From Octopus vulgaris (taxonomy: Eukaryota), in assembly GCA_951406725.2 (NCBI GenBank), contig OX597814.1, forward strand, positions 160,890,001-160,954,000: a stretch of DNA of 64,000 nucleotides, in the 5' to 3' direction. The translations under genes were made by a program, and so were the position numbers. This document shows, piece by piece, positions 12,126 through 26,104 of the stretch (positions are counted from its first letter, which is position 1; each line of letters starts with the position of its first letter). The notes beneath the pieces were generated by a model. It ran no database searches and was not told where the DNA came from. It saw only the letters and a list, made by a program, of their open reading frames with translations.

Positions 12126-13030
12126 GCATGTAGTTGATAGCTTCTGTTATCTAGGTGATCAAGTCAGCAGTAGAAGTGGATGTTCTAAGAGTGTAGATGG
12201 TAGAATAAGAATAGACTGGGCAAAGTTAAGAGAACTCCTACCTCTGTTGGTAACAAAGGGCCTCTCTCTCTCAGAGTGAAAGGCAGACTGTATGATGCCT
12301 GTGTGTGAACAGCCATGCTACATGGCAGTGAAACATGGGCTGTGACTGTCAAGGACATGCATAGGCTTGTAAGAAATGAAGCTAGTGTGCTTTGTTGGAT
12401 GTGCAATGTTAGTGTACATATACAACAGAGTGTAAGTTTCTTGAGAGAAAAGCTGGGTTTATGAGACATCAAATGTGGTGTGCTAGAGAGATGACTGTGC
12501 TGTTATGGTCATATGATGCATATGGATGAGGACAGCTGTGTAAAAAAAGTGCCAGTCTCTGATTGTGGAGGGAACCTGTCGAAGAGGTAGACCCAGGAAG
12601 ACATGAGACAAGGTGGTGAAGCATGATCTTCGAATATTGGGCCTCAAGGAGGCAATGACAAGTGACCAAGATCTTTGGGGATATACCATGCTCAAGAAGA
12701 CCCATCAAGCCAAGTGAAACCACAGTCGTGGTTGATGGCATCACATATCAGGTACCTTTTCTGGTGACACATAAAAAGCACCCTTCAAACATTGGGCCTC
12801 ACGGAGGTGAAAAGAAACTAAGACCTTTGACAATATGCTGTGCTTGAGAAAACACGTGAAACCAAGTGAAATCGTAGTTGTGGCTGATGACGGTGCCACG
12901 TAACTGACACCTCATGCTGGTGACATGTAAAAAGCATCCATTACACTCTTTGAGTGGTTGGTGTTAAGAAAGGCATCCAGCCATAGAAACCATGCCAGTA
13001 AGGAGATCAGATGTTAAATGATGATGATGA
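12122..13030 (+). mobile_element. 5'-truncated RTE LINE (RT C-terminus and 3' UTR)
   Basis: LHVVDSFCYLGD..RIRIDWAKLRELLPLL..KGRLYDACV..LHGSETWAV..RGRPRKTW, with frameshifts; (GAT)n tail. Confidence 0.92.
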
Positions 13031-13117
13031 GGATTACATGCACACACGTAAGTATACTTGCACACAAGTGTGAGTGTATGTATACACACAGATATGTATA
13101 TATACATACATATATAT

Positions 13118-13175
<58 letters not shown>

Positions 13176-13259
13176 GTATAGACAGACAGATAGATAGAGA
13201 TATTACATAAACATATAATTTACACACATACTTATATGATGGCAAGCTATGCAAGTTTG

Positions 13260-13590
13260 GTAAAAAGTCTGCCAGAATAAATACCTTGACTACATAATTT
13301 GATCACATGATAATCAGTTGAACTTTCCATGAATGGAGGCTTTAAATACAGCATTTTAGTAGGAAAAAAAGCAGAGTGAATTCAGACCCCGTTCAGTTCA
13401 GTCCTGGTCAGTAATACTACAGACCTTCCCTCAGGGGTTACATATGACATGGTACAGCAAAACCTATAAGACAGGGCTGAAAAAGCAAGAATCCAACAAG
13501 AGAGAATTGGAAAACAGCAGCCCAGAGTTAAGAACAATGGGGAAGTCATCATTCATCTATGTTCCACAGGGAGTCAAGGATGTAATTGAG
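13260..13590 (+). mobile_element. Old RTE-type LINE 3' end
   Basis: Decayed ..TW..K.GL...ELENSS..RT.WKS....LCSTGSQG C-terminal motif. Confidence 0.5.
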
Positions 13591-14581
13591 TACTTCCCAA
13601 ATGGAACTTTTAATATGCAGATGATGCCATGGACACAGTGACTTCAGTAGATTAATTGCACACAATTACTAACATTTTCACTTACATGCTGGTACCACAT
13701 AAAAAGCACCCAGTACATTCTGTAAAGTGGTCGGCATTAGGAAGGGCATCCAGCCATAGAAACCATGCCAAAACAGATGATTGGAGCCTGGTGCAGCCTT
13801 CTGGCTTGCCAGCTCTTCTCACAAAGTTTCGGTTGACCTGAGGCTATAGTAGAGGACACTTGCCCAAGGTGCCACAAAGTGGGACTGAACCTGGAACCAT
13901 GTGGTTGGGAAGCAAGCCTCTTACCACGCACGCACGCACGCACCTCGTTGAAGATAGGTTACATTTACAGAGCCAGTCAAAACCCACACTGTCCTCATTT
14001 TATGCTACTGGAGTGATTCAAAGAAATTTACCTTCAGCAGGAAAATCAATCAGCTTAACGAACTAACAAGGGACCTGTACATGGTCACTCGGCTTACAGG
14101 AAATAAAGTACAAATTTCCCTCAATCCGCAGAGTACCATCTTAATAATTAAAAAAAAAGGAGCTCATTGGTTAATGTAGTCCGGTTACTCAGTTTCTGGT
14201 AACAAAAAAAAATAAAATTACTTTTGATCGTAAGTTTATAAAATGCCAACTTGTGGTTAAACAACAGCCATTAGGTTAATAATAGAAAAAATAATGTTTT
14301 ATTTGTGATGTTATAGAGTTCGCGTGTATTGGGGGCTTTTGCCAGAGCATAAAATGAAATACAAAACTGAAACTGAAAAAAAATGAACAAAAACAAATGA
14401 AATCTTTCTCATCAACAATCAGGAAACCCACACTTATAAAGTTCATTCATAAAACTCATAGAACTCATAAAACAGTCGTAAAAACAATAGCAAACAATCG
14501 AGGATCCATTAATAATTATTTTGGTATTCAAACTGTCTTAGAAATGAGCTCTTTTTCTTGATCAAGATTTCATATTATTTA

Positions 14582-14700
14582 CATCATCGTCATCGTCGTC
14601 GTCGTCGTCATCGTCATCATCATCATCATCACCACCACCACCACCACCATCGACATCATCATCATCATCATCATCGACATCACCATCGACATCATCATCA
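14582..14700. repeat. Compound trinucleotide microsatellite (CAT/CGT/CAC)
   Basis: Seen directly; source of the poly-Asp/Gly ORF 14562-14816. Confidence 0.95.
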
Positions 14701-15083
14701 TTTTCAGTCCTTTTTCTAATTTTTTTTTTCATGTTTGCATGGGTTGTAGGGGTTTTTGTCAGTGCAGCATCTGGCCAATTGTTACAACTCCTTGTCATCT
14801 TTGGGAGGCCCAGCACTCTGAAATAAACCTTTGCTATTTCTTACTATGCCCTCACTTTTACGGAGATTCCTTTTACTTTTTGGATCAATTGTCACTTTTT
14901 CTTTATCCAACTTTCCTCCTTTGGACACATCGTGTGTTTGTACCTTATGCCCCATCCCCCACCAAAAAAAAAAGAAAAGAAAAGAGAAAACATGACGTGC
15001 AAAACTAGATACCGTCATGCAAGTCTCCATCATTCTTAATGAACTGTCACAAGATCTTTTCATATATTTCATACTTTTTTCTC

Positions 15084-15117
<34 letters not shown>

Positions 15118-15999
15118 GGTGCGCGCGTTATCAATATTGTCGCCTAACTCAAAATTGGCTCTTTTCATCCACTTGCTCTATCTTCCTGTCAATAACATCT
15201 GTTACTGCAAATTCCAAGCTGTCGTTTGGCTGAATTATTTACTAGAAGTATAAAGACATTGCGACTAAGGAGGGTGGACATCCCAAAGCATCTTATAGGT
15301 TAAATGCAATAATTATACGGTACTTCGAGGCACTGACATGTCTAATCTAGTTCAAACTAGTATCGTGTGTACTGATAACAATAATGAGAATAACTTCAAC
15401 TATAGCTATGACAGATATAATGAAAATACACCCAGTATGTTATCTAGACAAGGTGAAACAATGAAGCAAAATACAATGGCAAGATCAAGCACGTCTACAG
15501 TAATTTTGATGATGTAAATTGATGTTAGTTGTTTTTGTTTTTTCATCTAATATAGATGATCGCTTCAGGAAATATTGAGTAACTGGACGACAGAGGGGAG
15601 AGGAGAGAGAGATGTACCAAACAACCTCATTGAATGGAATATAATTAGATAATAGTAGAAAGGCTGATAGACGACAGCTTCATGAGGTTACAGAGACAAA
15701 CACATTGTCACGGACTAGATCTAGACTTAAACCGATACAAAGACAGGCAGATAGAGGACAGCAGTGAGCGAATCATGATGAGATCTTAAATGAAGAAACT
15801 CATCGGTTAGACCTCCATCCACCCTAAGCTGCGAAAAACCCCTCGTGTGCTTAATTTCACAACGAGAACTGAATACATAGAAATGTGACTACATATCTTT
15901 ATATATGGATCTAATGAAAAGATCCTTTATATATTCATAACCCACGCCAATCAGTTAAAAGATGTACATGTTCATATGTAATATATGAAAATAAAAATT

Positions 16000-17100
16000 C
16001 GCTTCTTCTTCAGTAATAAAAGACAGACAAACTGAGCGAAACGTCGACAGAGCAGACTGATGGTAGGTACACAAACTCACAAGAAGTACATAGTAAATAT
16101 ACAAACAGGCAGACTCATAAACGTACAGTAAAACGAGTTGTTCACTGATTATAACTACACCACAAATAGAAAAGTAGACGAGCAAACGTAGAGGGAGACA
16201 CGTTAATGAGAAGGTAAACTCACAAACAAGTAGATACACAGACGGACAGTTAGACAGGCAAGCAGTCAGACTCAGCGTGACGATTTACAAAACTAGACAG
16301 AAAGTGACAGACACAGAGTTAGGACCGACCTAAAGAGAGATTGACAGAGATAGAAATAACCTAGAGACAGAGAGAGAGAGAGAAGGTGGGGAGACGATTA
16401 CAGCCTGAAACAAACAGATACAGAGATAGGACTAGCGCAGAGAGAGGATGACAAAAAGATATAGAGTCGGGATTAATACAGGAAGAGATGACAGTGACAG
16501 ACAAATGTACGGACTGACAAGCAAGCAGTTAAATAAGCAGCTGTACTAGATGATATGTAGACAGAAAGATAAATAGAAATACAATCATATAAGATATTGT
16601 ATGATGACCCAGAGTTACATAAAATGTAACTGACACAGGAATAGATGAGAATTCCTGGACGGGGTGAAAGAAGATATCAAGTTAGAGAAACTGAGAGACA
16701 AGATAAACAAGTGTTGGAGATGGAATCGGAAAGAGAAAAATACAGGGGATTGAGAGGGAGAAAGAGAGAGAAAGCTGGCCAGTGAGACAGAGTAAGAGGA
16801 AAGAGCACGAGAGAGAGAGAGAGAAGAAGGGGAAAAGATATGAAAAGAGCGATGGAGCTGAGAAGATACTGAAGACAGAGAAAAGAATGAGAGAGAGAGA
16901 AAGAGAGAGAGGGGAGAGGAATTTAGTAAAAGCTCCAAATGGAACAGATACAGACAGGAAAACGTGCGTGTGTTTGAGTTTGTGTGTGTATGTGTAGATA
17001 GATCGAGAGAGAGAGGAGCAGTGATAGACAGGCAGACAGTGTGAGTGTGCGTATGTGTGTGTGAGAGAAAGAGAGTGAGTAAACCAAAACAGTTTTGGAA
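16000..17100. repeat. Purine-rich low-complexity tract (decayed AGAC/AG repeats)
   Basis: Recurrent agacag/gagaga; the overlapping ORFs are Leu/Ser-rich antisense artefacts. Confidence 0.75.
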
Positions 17101-19599
17101 TGAGGAGGGAAAAGTAGAGTCCAGTAGCTGTAATGGCAGACATTTTACAGTCCATAAACAACCCAAAGTTAATATATCTATCTGCACACTGCAATGAAAC
17201 CAGAATAAATCCTATCCTTATATCATTTTTACATTTCTCTTTTCTCTTTAGAAGTATGCAATTTACCATAAAGAAAGAAAAAAATAATGTAATCAGTGCA
17301 GGTTTCTATGGTTACTGACTGTTTTCCTTGGAATTAGAATCTGCTGTCTCCCTCTCTACCACAGATAACTTTATTCCATTCTGTCTTTCTATATACTTTT
17401 GGGTGCAGGCATGACTGGGTGGTTAAAAAGTTTGCTTCACAGATAGACATGTGTGGTTTTGGATTTCATTGCACTACACAGAATTTGGGTAAGAGTTTTC
17501 CACTCTAACTTCAGGTTGACCAAAGCCTTGTATATGAAATATAGTAAGCAGGGACTGTATAGAAGTTCATCAAAGAGAAGAATTCCCATTTTTTTGGTGA
17601 TGGTCTTAAAACATTATCTAGCTTAAAATCATCTTGTTCTCGGTTGTCTTTAGTGAAGTCCACTCTTTTGTAAGGACAAAAATTGTAGCATTGCCTTCAG
17701 GATTTGAATGGCTTATCTACTGTAAACTGTATAACCATACTAATTGCTACACCAAAGCAACATTACAACCCTTGACTTTGAATTAGACTTAACCCAAGTC
17801 GTTATGCACATTTACATACACACACACTGTATAAATGAGTAACAAAGAGGCACAGGTGTACACCTGTACTCATTTATACTTTCTCATTTATACTTTACTC
17901 ATTTATTTACTCATTTATAATTTATTCACCTGGAATCTGCGCTTTGGAAATATTATAGACAGTATTTTGATATAAAGTACCTGTCTGAATAGTCAGGAGC
18001 AGATCTCTTCACTAAGGTGGGCCATATTATCTGCGTACACTGCAAAAATATCGGGTGCTGGCACTTCTTCCCCGAGTTTGATATTCGCTTAATATTATTT
18101 GGGTGTGCATGTTACTCTGACCTAACAAGGTGCCTCAATTTATGTACCTAATTCAACTGAATCTTAATTGTATTATATATATATAGGTAGATAGATGTAG
18201 ATAGGTAGGTAGGTAGGTGTAGGGAGGGAGGGAGGTAGGTAGATGTACTTACCAGTATTTCTTAAAATAAATTTATTCTAGTATTTACTTCACAGCAAGG
18301 CAAATATTTCTTGTAACTTCAATTTAAAAGAAGTCTCTCCTCTTTGGCAGCTTTCATAAAATACCAAAGGTTTTCTGATTACAATGCAGAGTAGAAAGTG
18401 TGTTTTGAGCTCAACAGAGGGTAGAGAAATGCAGGAATCGAAGAATATTGCTTTCAGTTACAGGAGGAACACATCCACTGCAAGCAATTGGAATGATGTT
18501 ACTCACAATCAAAATTCATACTGTATCCAATGTACAATTTCTTTTTCTCTCCTCTCCCAAATAATAATCAAGCCACCTTGTTCCTTGCCAAGAGAAATCC
18601 TTCTGGCTGTCAGTCCTCAGCTCATATTGTTCTTTAAGTAATAGCCCTACAGTTAAAGTCACTGCATCCACTGCTTGCAACATTTCAAATATACAACAAT
18701 TTACTTCCTGGATTTGTCTTCTCCAGTTTGCCAATCTCACCACTGTGCCTACATGTTGAAAAGTATTGAATCTTTAACAATCACTTCAGTGTAACAAGAT
18801 GGTTGATGTCCTTAGTAGAAAATCAAATTACCTTTCTAAGTAACACTCTACACTGAATAGCTAAATTTATGTAATACATCCTGTGTTGTAATATCAACTT
18901 CTACCTTGTCCACTTCTACTGCAATGATCACCAAAACCTCTGGATATATTAAAACAAACTGGACCACTGAATAGATAGGGAGCATACAGACTGTCACAGT
19001 GCCATACATAGTACAAACCAATGAGGGAACCTCTACATGGTCCTTCAACATGCTAGAAATAGTAACCAAATCTTTTACAAACCACACTGAATAGTATAAA
19101 CTACTTTAAAGAATAGATGGGATTGTCACGTCTGGAAAGTCTTCGATAACAGGATTACTGGATCAAAGCTCAACAAGGGCAAAAAAATAATACAATAATA
19201 ATAACAACAATAATGAGACTTGTTATGGTAAATCTCTTGTTTTTGACTTGCAGAGTCATTCGAAAACAGTCACTCAGCTTATCTTCTGAGATAGGTTTGC
19301 TTAAGATTGACTTTCATAATTCAACAATAACAACAATAATGACATTATCAGTAACAGCAGCAGTAGCAGCATCAACAGCAATAGCAACAATAACATGAAC
19401 AAGCTAATGGAAGAGTTTAGTTTTCCATTAGCTTTAACCACGCCTCAGATAACCCTCATTGGTTACGGTACCACCTCTTCACAGAGCTTATACATGATTA
19501 TTTGACCTGCAAGAAATAGCAGCCAGATTTCCCTCAAACCATATAACCAACTTTAAGGTAGGGAAGGACACATTAAATGATGCAGTCTAGATACACTGT

Positions 19600-20070
19600 C
19601 TTTGAGAAATCTTTACATATTTTGGTAGCAATGTTTCATGAATTGTCCCCTCAGTTATGAAGTCAGCAGTAGAATCACAAAAACTAGCATTGCCATTGGT
19701 AGACTTCACGAGAATATTTGGATAAAAACCTCTAAACTAAATTGTGTGTCTACAGAGCCATAGTTCTGCCAACTTTGCCATAGACTAGTAAAACGGATAC
19801 TATTTGCAACAGGCATGACAAAAGGCTCCATAAATTCACCTGAACTGTCAGTGCAAAATGGTGCATATTTGGTAACAAACAATAGTTGGTAGACAAAGCA
19901 AATACTACAAGGGCATTCTGAAAGCCTCCTTAAAAGTCTTCAGCATTAATCGAGAGTTATAGGAGAGCCTTTGTTACTGAGAGATCTACCAAACATAGCC
20001 ATATCAGAAAGATGCTAAAACTTCTAAGCAGGTAAGTATTAGGCAAGCTGAACAGTAGAGGGAGGTGAGA
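19600..20070 (+). mobile_element. Decayed RTE (BovB-like) RT C-terminal fragment
   Basis: FTYFGS..EVSSRITKTSIAIGRLHENIW..TKLCVYRAIVLPTL ... KGILKASLKVFSIN. Confidence 0.7.
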
Positions 20071-20119
20071 AAAGCCAGAGGCACTTGGTTAGGTCAGGTG
20101 TGGGGGCAGGCACCATTGC

Positions 20120-20700
20120 AGCACATTCTTGCATTTACCATTTGTTGGTATATTCACAGGTCCTCTCAGGTGACCCATCAAACAGTTCCCATCTCTGCGA
20201 GACACCTCCTCAACTGCCATGACCATGTGACATGTGGTCGACCAACATGAGCCATCAATCCAGATCCTCAGAGAAGAGAACATGGTAATCAGGGTCTAAC
20301 TCAAATAAATCAAGCAGCATGACCAAACAGTTGGTGTTCCTGAATCTTACAAGTAACAGGACATACCCTAGTTTCTGAGTAGAGTCATTGGTTGGATATG
20401 AAATCCAACCATTGACAACCCATAATCTTGCAAAGCATTCTAGTACCAAAGAAGTTCAGGTGGATCCTAAGGGCCCTAGACAATGCCATAATGTCACAAC
20501 TGTAGAGCAGGACAGGGAGGAATGGAGACCTAAAGACCCAAACCTTTGTTCTTCTGCTCAGATATTGGCAGCACTAAACACCTTTGTCCAATGAGTCCAC
20601 TACTGCACCAGCTCATCCAAGTCGTTTTAGGACTTCAGACTCCCAACTAATGCCACTGTGAGTCTCACTTATTTCAACAGTGGAGCACTGGGCCATTGAC
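20120..20700 (-). mobile_element. Decayed RTE RT fragment, a different subfamily
   Basis: SEVLKRLG*AGAVVDSLDKGV*CCQYLSRRTKVWVFRS..LPVLLYSC. Confidence 0.75.
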
Positions 20701-20739
20701 AAAATATTAACTTCTCAGTCCCTCATGCATAAACACATA

Positions 20740-21775
20740 AACCAAGTGGTTGAAACCCATAAGTGATATCATGGTCATTGTCCATATAGAAAGATGAAGA
20801 AGGATTTCTGAAAACAAGATAGAAAGGCTGTGGCAGGAATACCTTTCATCATAAATCTGTTCAATCAGGGAAGACCTGAGGCTAAACAACAACAACAATA
20901 AAAACCATTTATAATCCAACTTTAGGATAGGATAATATTAGAACATACCATCTAACTATCATAAGAAAGTTTAGATTTAAAGATACATTATTTTGTAATT
21001 AACTAAAATTAAATAAGTCGTTGTTGTCATTGTTAATTCCAGGTCAGTCCTGGCCAAGCAGAACCACAAAGGACATTCTAATTATGACCATTCCATCTTT
21101 TTTGGATAACGTTATCCAATATATCTTTCCTTTTGTTTGAGATGACATTGTTTGAGTTGATAGAATTTGACTGCTGTTTCTACCAAGTAGAGTGACTGCA
21201 CACAGGCTTCCTTATTGGTTTATAATATAGAAATTGTAGTTGTTAGCTTTAAGCAAGTAAATCTGATCAAAGGAGCTCCAACCTAGATATACATGTGTGT
21301 GTATTGACATACATACATACATACATACATACATACATACATACATAACTACATTGCTCAATGCCCCCTTCATTTTTTATGAAATTAAGGAGTGGCTGAA
21401 GGAGATTTGGTTGCTATATCTAGCAGGTTGAGTAACCATGCAGAGGTTCCTTTTGGCTCATGCAAGTAGTAGTGTCTAAGAACTAGTAAAAGTGCATGTA
21501 ACTAATTTAGGTTCTATTTTAGCCATTTTTAAAATTGACTGTGTTTAGCTTGAGTCAATGAGGAAACAGTACATAGTCACTTTGGTTACTAAAAATAGAA
21601 GCAAAATCTCCCTCAAATCACATCATACTGTCTTAAATAACGATAGATACATTGGATAATGTCTCTGATATATAAAAAGACAGGATATTCTTTGATCATA
21701 GCTCTACTAGAATGTCTTTGATCATGACTGCTTTTCATCAGATCTAACTTGGGGGCTAAACGACAGCATCAACAA
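20740..21775. mobile_element. Cluster of old dispersed family D copies ((AAC)n-tailed, SINE-like) in alternating orientation
   Basis: Motif gctagaaatagcagccaaatctccctcaaatc..ggataatgtagtc..ggggctaaacaacaac. Other copies at ~14060, 19000, 19480, 24425, 26750, 27385, 34930, 45160, 46200, 51520 and 60780. Confidence 0.75.
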
Positions 21776-21955
21776 CTACTATTTGTAATAAGCTGAGCAA
21801 CCAGAATTTCTCACTAGATCAAGAGAAAGGACCACAGGAGTATGTGAGAAGGAGAGAAAGAGAGGAGAGAGAGAGAGAGAGAAACGGAGAGATCTAGGGA
21901 AATGGAAAAAGAAATTGGAGTTGATACCAATGGAATGGGTAGAAATAACTGAGAA

Positions 21956-22190
21956 GGCAGCGAGCTGGCAGAAACATTAGCATGCCGGGTGAAATGCTTA
22001 GCGGTATTTCGTCTACCGCTATGTTCTGAGTTCAAATTCCACCAAGATCGACTTTGCCTTTCATCCTTTCAGGGTCAATTAAATAAGTACCAATTATGCA
22101 CTGGGGTCAATATAATCGACTTAATCCGTCTGTCTGTCCTTGTTTGTCCCCTCTGTGTGTAGCCCCTTATGGGCAGTAAAGAAATAAGAA
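21956..22190 (+). mobile_element. Deu-core tRNA-SINE (family B), full length
   Basis: ggcagcgagctggcagaa A-box, gagttcaaattcc B-box, and gcctttcatcctttc..ggtc.at.aaataagtacca Deu-like core. Confidence 0.9.
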
Positions 22191-22444
22191 ATAATTGAGA
22201 AGAAATGGAGATACAGTGAGTAAAAGTAAAGGGAATGAATTGGATCTATATGGAAGCAGATATGACTGTGTGGGTAAGAGGTTTGCTTCACAGTCTCATG
22301 GTTCCAAGTTCAATTATGCTACACAGCACCTTGGGTAATTATCTTCTATCATAGTCATGAGTTGACCCAAGATTTACGAGTAAAATCTGGTAGACAGAAA
22401 CTACACCTGTTTTTAAGCCATCACCCAGTTTAATACCACTGTAG

Positions 22445-23010
22445 TGGTGTATGGCTTAGTACAGTGGTTCTGAAAGTGGGCTGTACCACCCCACTGGGGT
22501 CAGTGGAAAGATCCAGGGGACGTTGAGGAAAAATGGGGCGATAATGGGGTGACCAAAAACAGGGCAATGGATGTAAAAAAAAAACAAAAAACAAACTAAA
22601 GGGTTAATTAGGTTAAGATTTATTTGTGAAATACTGTTGTTTTGAATTTGCTGCAGAAAATGGTCTATATCTCTGATGGTAAGTGTGGTGGCAGTGGTGG
22701 TGGTAGGGCACTAGAAATGTGGCCTTAGAACCAAGGGGTGGCAGCCTGTAAAAGTTTGGGAACCACTGGCTTAGTGGTTAGGGTGTTAGGATCATGATCA
22801 AAAGATTGCAGTTTCAATTCCTGGACCAGGCAACATGTGTTCTTGAACAAAATACTTCATTTCACATTGCTCCTGTCCACTCAGCTGGCAAAAATAAGTA
22901 ATCCTGCAAACAACCAACATCCCATCCAGGTGGGGAATTTATACACAATGAAACTAGGAAACCAGTCCTTACATGTCAGTATGACTCAAAAAGGTAACTT
23001 TACCTTTTTA
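22445..23010 (+). mobile_element. SINE family C interrupted by a hAT MITE
   Basis: gtatggcttagt|..|ggttagggtg..gtttcaattcctgg..ttgaacaaaatactt. Confidence 0.85.
22462..22768. mobile_element. hAT (Charlie/Buster-type) MITE
   Basis: TIRs cagtggttctgaaa / tttgggaaccactg; 8-bp TSD gcttagta / gcttagtg. Confidence 0.92.
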
Positions 23011-23121
23011 ATACCACTACTTATAGTATCTTGGGTGAGTATCTTCTACCATAGTCAAAAGGTTCGTCTAAAATTTATGAGTGAAATGTGGTTGACAGAA
23101 ACTGTGAAAAGGCTCATTTAA

Positions 23122-23299
23122 CCGTTTAACATTTAAACCAGCCACATCTGGTCCAAATATGCAACATGTGTTAGGCTTAAACCAGCCAGATTCAGCATCT
23201 CACACTTATTCTGCAGCCATTCTAAAAATATAGAATCACTTCAAAACCTTGTGAATAAATAAGCATTACATTTGGTAGGGTAATCTGAATGCTAAACAC
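23122..23299. mobile_element. TTAA-flanked (piggyBac-type) MITE, opposite orientation to the 48062 copy
   Basis: TTAA at 23118-21 and 23300-03; internal tttaaaccagcc..taatctgaatgctaaa is the reverse complement of 48062 and 59671. Confidence 0.8.
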
Positions 23300-23359
23300 T
23301 TAATGGACTGACTAAACCTGTTCTTAACCCATCACTCGGTTTAATACCATCACTTAGAG

Positions 23360-23651
23360 CAGGGGTTCTCAACTATTATTTTTGTCTATGGACCCCTTTG
23401 ATTACTATTTTATTCTGATGGACCCCTATACAATGTTTAAACATACTTCTTTCAAAATTCCTATTTTGTTTTTCACACATCAACTTTTGTAGGTTGAGCT
23501 ATGTAAAACTTTAGAGAAAAAAATCCAAGCTGTTTCTTGCATCTAAAGCAAAATCTTTTCAGGGGCCCTTAAAATACTATTTTGTTGCATGGACCCCCAA
23601 AATTTTATATGGACCCGCAAGGGCCATATGGACCCTAGTTCAGAACCACTG
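23360..23651. mobile_element. hAT MITE
   Basis: TIRs caggggttctcaac / gttcagaaccactg; repeated subterminal tggacccc; TSD not preserved. Confidence 0.85.
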
Positions 23652-24909
23652 AGCATTAAGGTTAGCCGTCCAAGAATTTGGATCTGGAGATCTCCATTTC
23701 CAGCGACTTCGAGGGCCACCTCCCAGTGGTGTAGGGCGTCAATGAAGAGTCCTCGACTTCAACAAGATGACCAAAACCCAAGACCATCACCTAATCCCCC
23801 TTACTTGTCTTGTTGCTTAACAACAACAACAACGAAAAAAAGCATCAAGGGTAAGTACCTTCTACCATAGTCAAAATGTTCACCCAAGATTCATGAGTGA
23901 AATGTGGTAGACAGAAACAGTGAAAAGGCCCATTTAATTGACAGACCATACCTATTGTTGATCCATCACCCAGTTTGGTACCACCACTCGTTTCCTCGGT
24001 ACCTTTACTTAAGTCCTCTCAATTGCAAGCATTTGGGCCATGTCTCATCACCAGTCTAAAGATAACTTGATATTATAACATGTTGCCTCCTTTCCAACTA
24101 TAACAACACATGAGTCAGTGTTTCTTACTCCATTCCACCCGCTCCCTGGAGACCATATAAAAATCCATGAGTACTGTCCTTCCTACTCTGAATAAGCCAT
24201 AAAAAGAGAAATAAAATGTGACTATTCCAGTGTTTCATTACAATGGTAAAATATAACAGACATTCTTTTGAACTAAATGACATAAAAGAGAAAGAGGCTA
24301 TTTATATACTAAACATTAATAGAAATATTGGGAAAGTATTGGAGGTGGCCGAGCATTATTAATAGGAGAGCATAGAGTAATATTAGTTTTAAATAAACTC
24401 ATGTTTGTCCGTGTATGTGAGTAAGTCAACGAGGGAGCCTCTGTGTGGTTGCTGGATCTAGGGGAAATAGCATCCAAATTTCCCTCAAATCATACCTTTA
24501 CCATCTAAATAAAAAAAAGCAAGGATATATTGAATAATCTAGTCTTTCTTATAGAAGACACATGGAAAAGGAAAAAAGACTGGATGATCATGGCTGGAAT
24601 ACTTTTGGTTATAGGGTAGCTCAGTCAGGACTTACCTAGGGCTAAACACCAACAACTATCATGTATATATATATATATATATATCCACCTCACCAAATAT
24701 GTATGTGTACATGCATAAATATGTGTGTGTGCATGTGTGTGAGGGAATGATATGTAAATCTATTTTGTGAGATATTTCAAGTTCTTAAACTCTGTTTCAT
24801 CTTTTTATCACCTAGACTATGGTGCAGTTCTGAAGTATTTTATTTACTTTATTTACCATAAATTCTTCACAGAGTACTTTGTATTCTAACAATAAGTTTC
24901 GATGAGCAC

Positions 24910-25116
<207 letters not shown>

Positions 25117-26104
25117 TTAACTAGTGCACGTGTTTTTATAGGCAGTATTGACTATATGACCCTCTCCTAGCATACAACAATATATGTTTCGGCAGACAGT
25201 TTCACATTAAAAATATTGCAAAATAAACCCACAAAGAAATATGTCCGATCGTGTGTGTGTGTATGTGTATGTGTGTGTAAGAGCAGGTCTTGTTGTGTTG
25301 TTAAGAAGTTTGCAGTGTAACAATGTGATTTCAGATTCAGTCCCACTTCGTGGCCACTTTGGGCAAGTGTCTTCTACTTGTAGCCTTTATGAGTAAATTT
25401 GGATGCAGAAACTGAGAAGAAGCCAACCGTATACATATATCATCATCATCATCACCACCACCACCATCACTATCACCAAAACCACCACTACCATCATCAT
25501 CATCATCATCATTTCACAGGGGCATCCAGCCATAGAAACCATGCCAAAGTGGACAGCAGAGCTTGGTGCAGTCTTCTGATTTGTCAGTTCCTGCTGAACC
25601 ATCCAACCCATGCCAACCTGAAAAAGGGGCATTAAATGATGATGAGGTTGATGATGAGGATGATGATGGTGGTGGTGTTGGTGGTGGCAAATTGTCAAAC
25701 TTTGCAGCATTTGTTCTGATTCACTGTGTTCTGAGTTCAATTCCTGCTGAGTCCAAACTTACCTTTCTCCTTTTAGTGTCAATAAAAATGTATAAATCTA
25801 AGGTAGTGGATTGGTGGAGCTGTAAGAATATTAGACCAAATACCTTGTGGTATTTGCTATGGCACTTTGCATTCTGAATTAAAATCCCACCTTGACCTCC
25901 TTGGATGGTACACTTAATCTGTTGCCTGGCTTGACACCACCACCTGGCACCTTGGGTACTTCTAGCAGATTCTGTTCTGTTGCAATTATTCAGAACAGGC
26001 TTCCAGCTTAAGGACATCTTTTTCTCACCCTTCCACTTGCCTTTGAGACCATGTCATGAGTCATGTACACTGACTTCTCTCTTGACTTAAAAAAAAAAAG
26101 TAAT

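Noticed and set aside
16615-17269. Longest ORFs (190 and 195 aa)
   Set aside because: Antisense read-through of GA-rich low-complexity sequence.
18832-18940. Minus-strand coding exon
   Set aside because: Stops in all frames between the candidate acceptor and donor.
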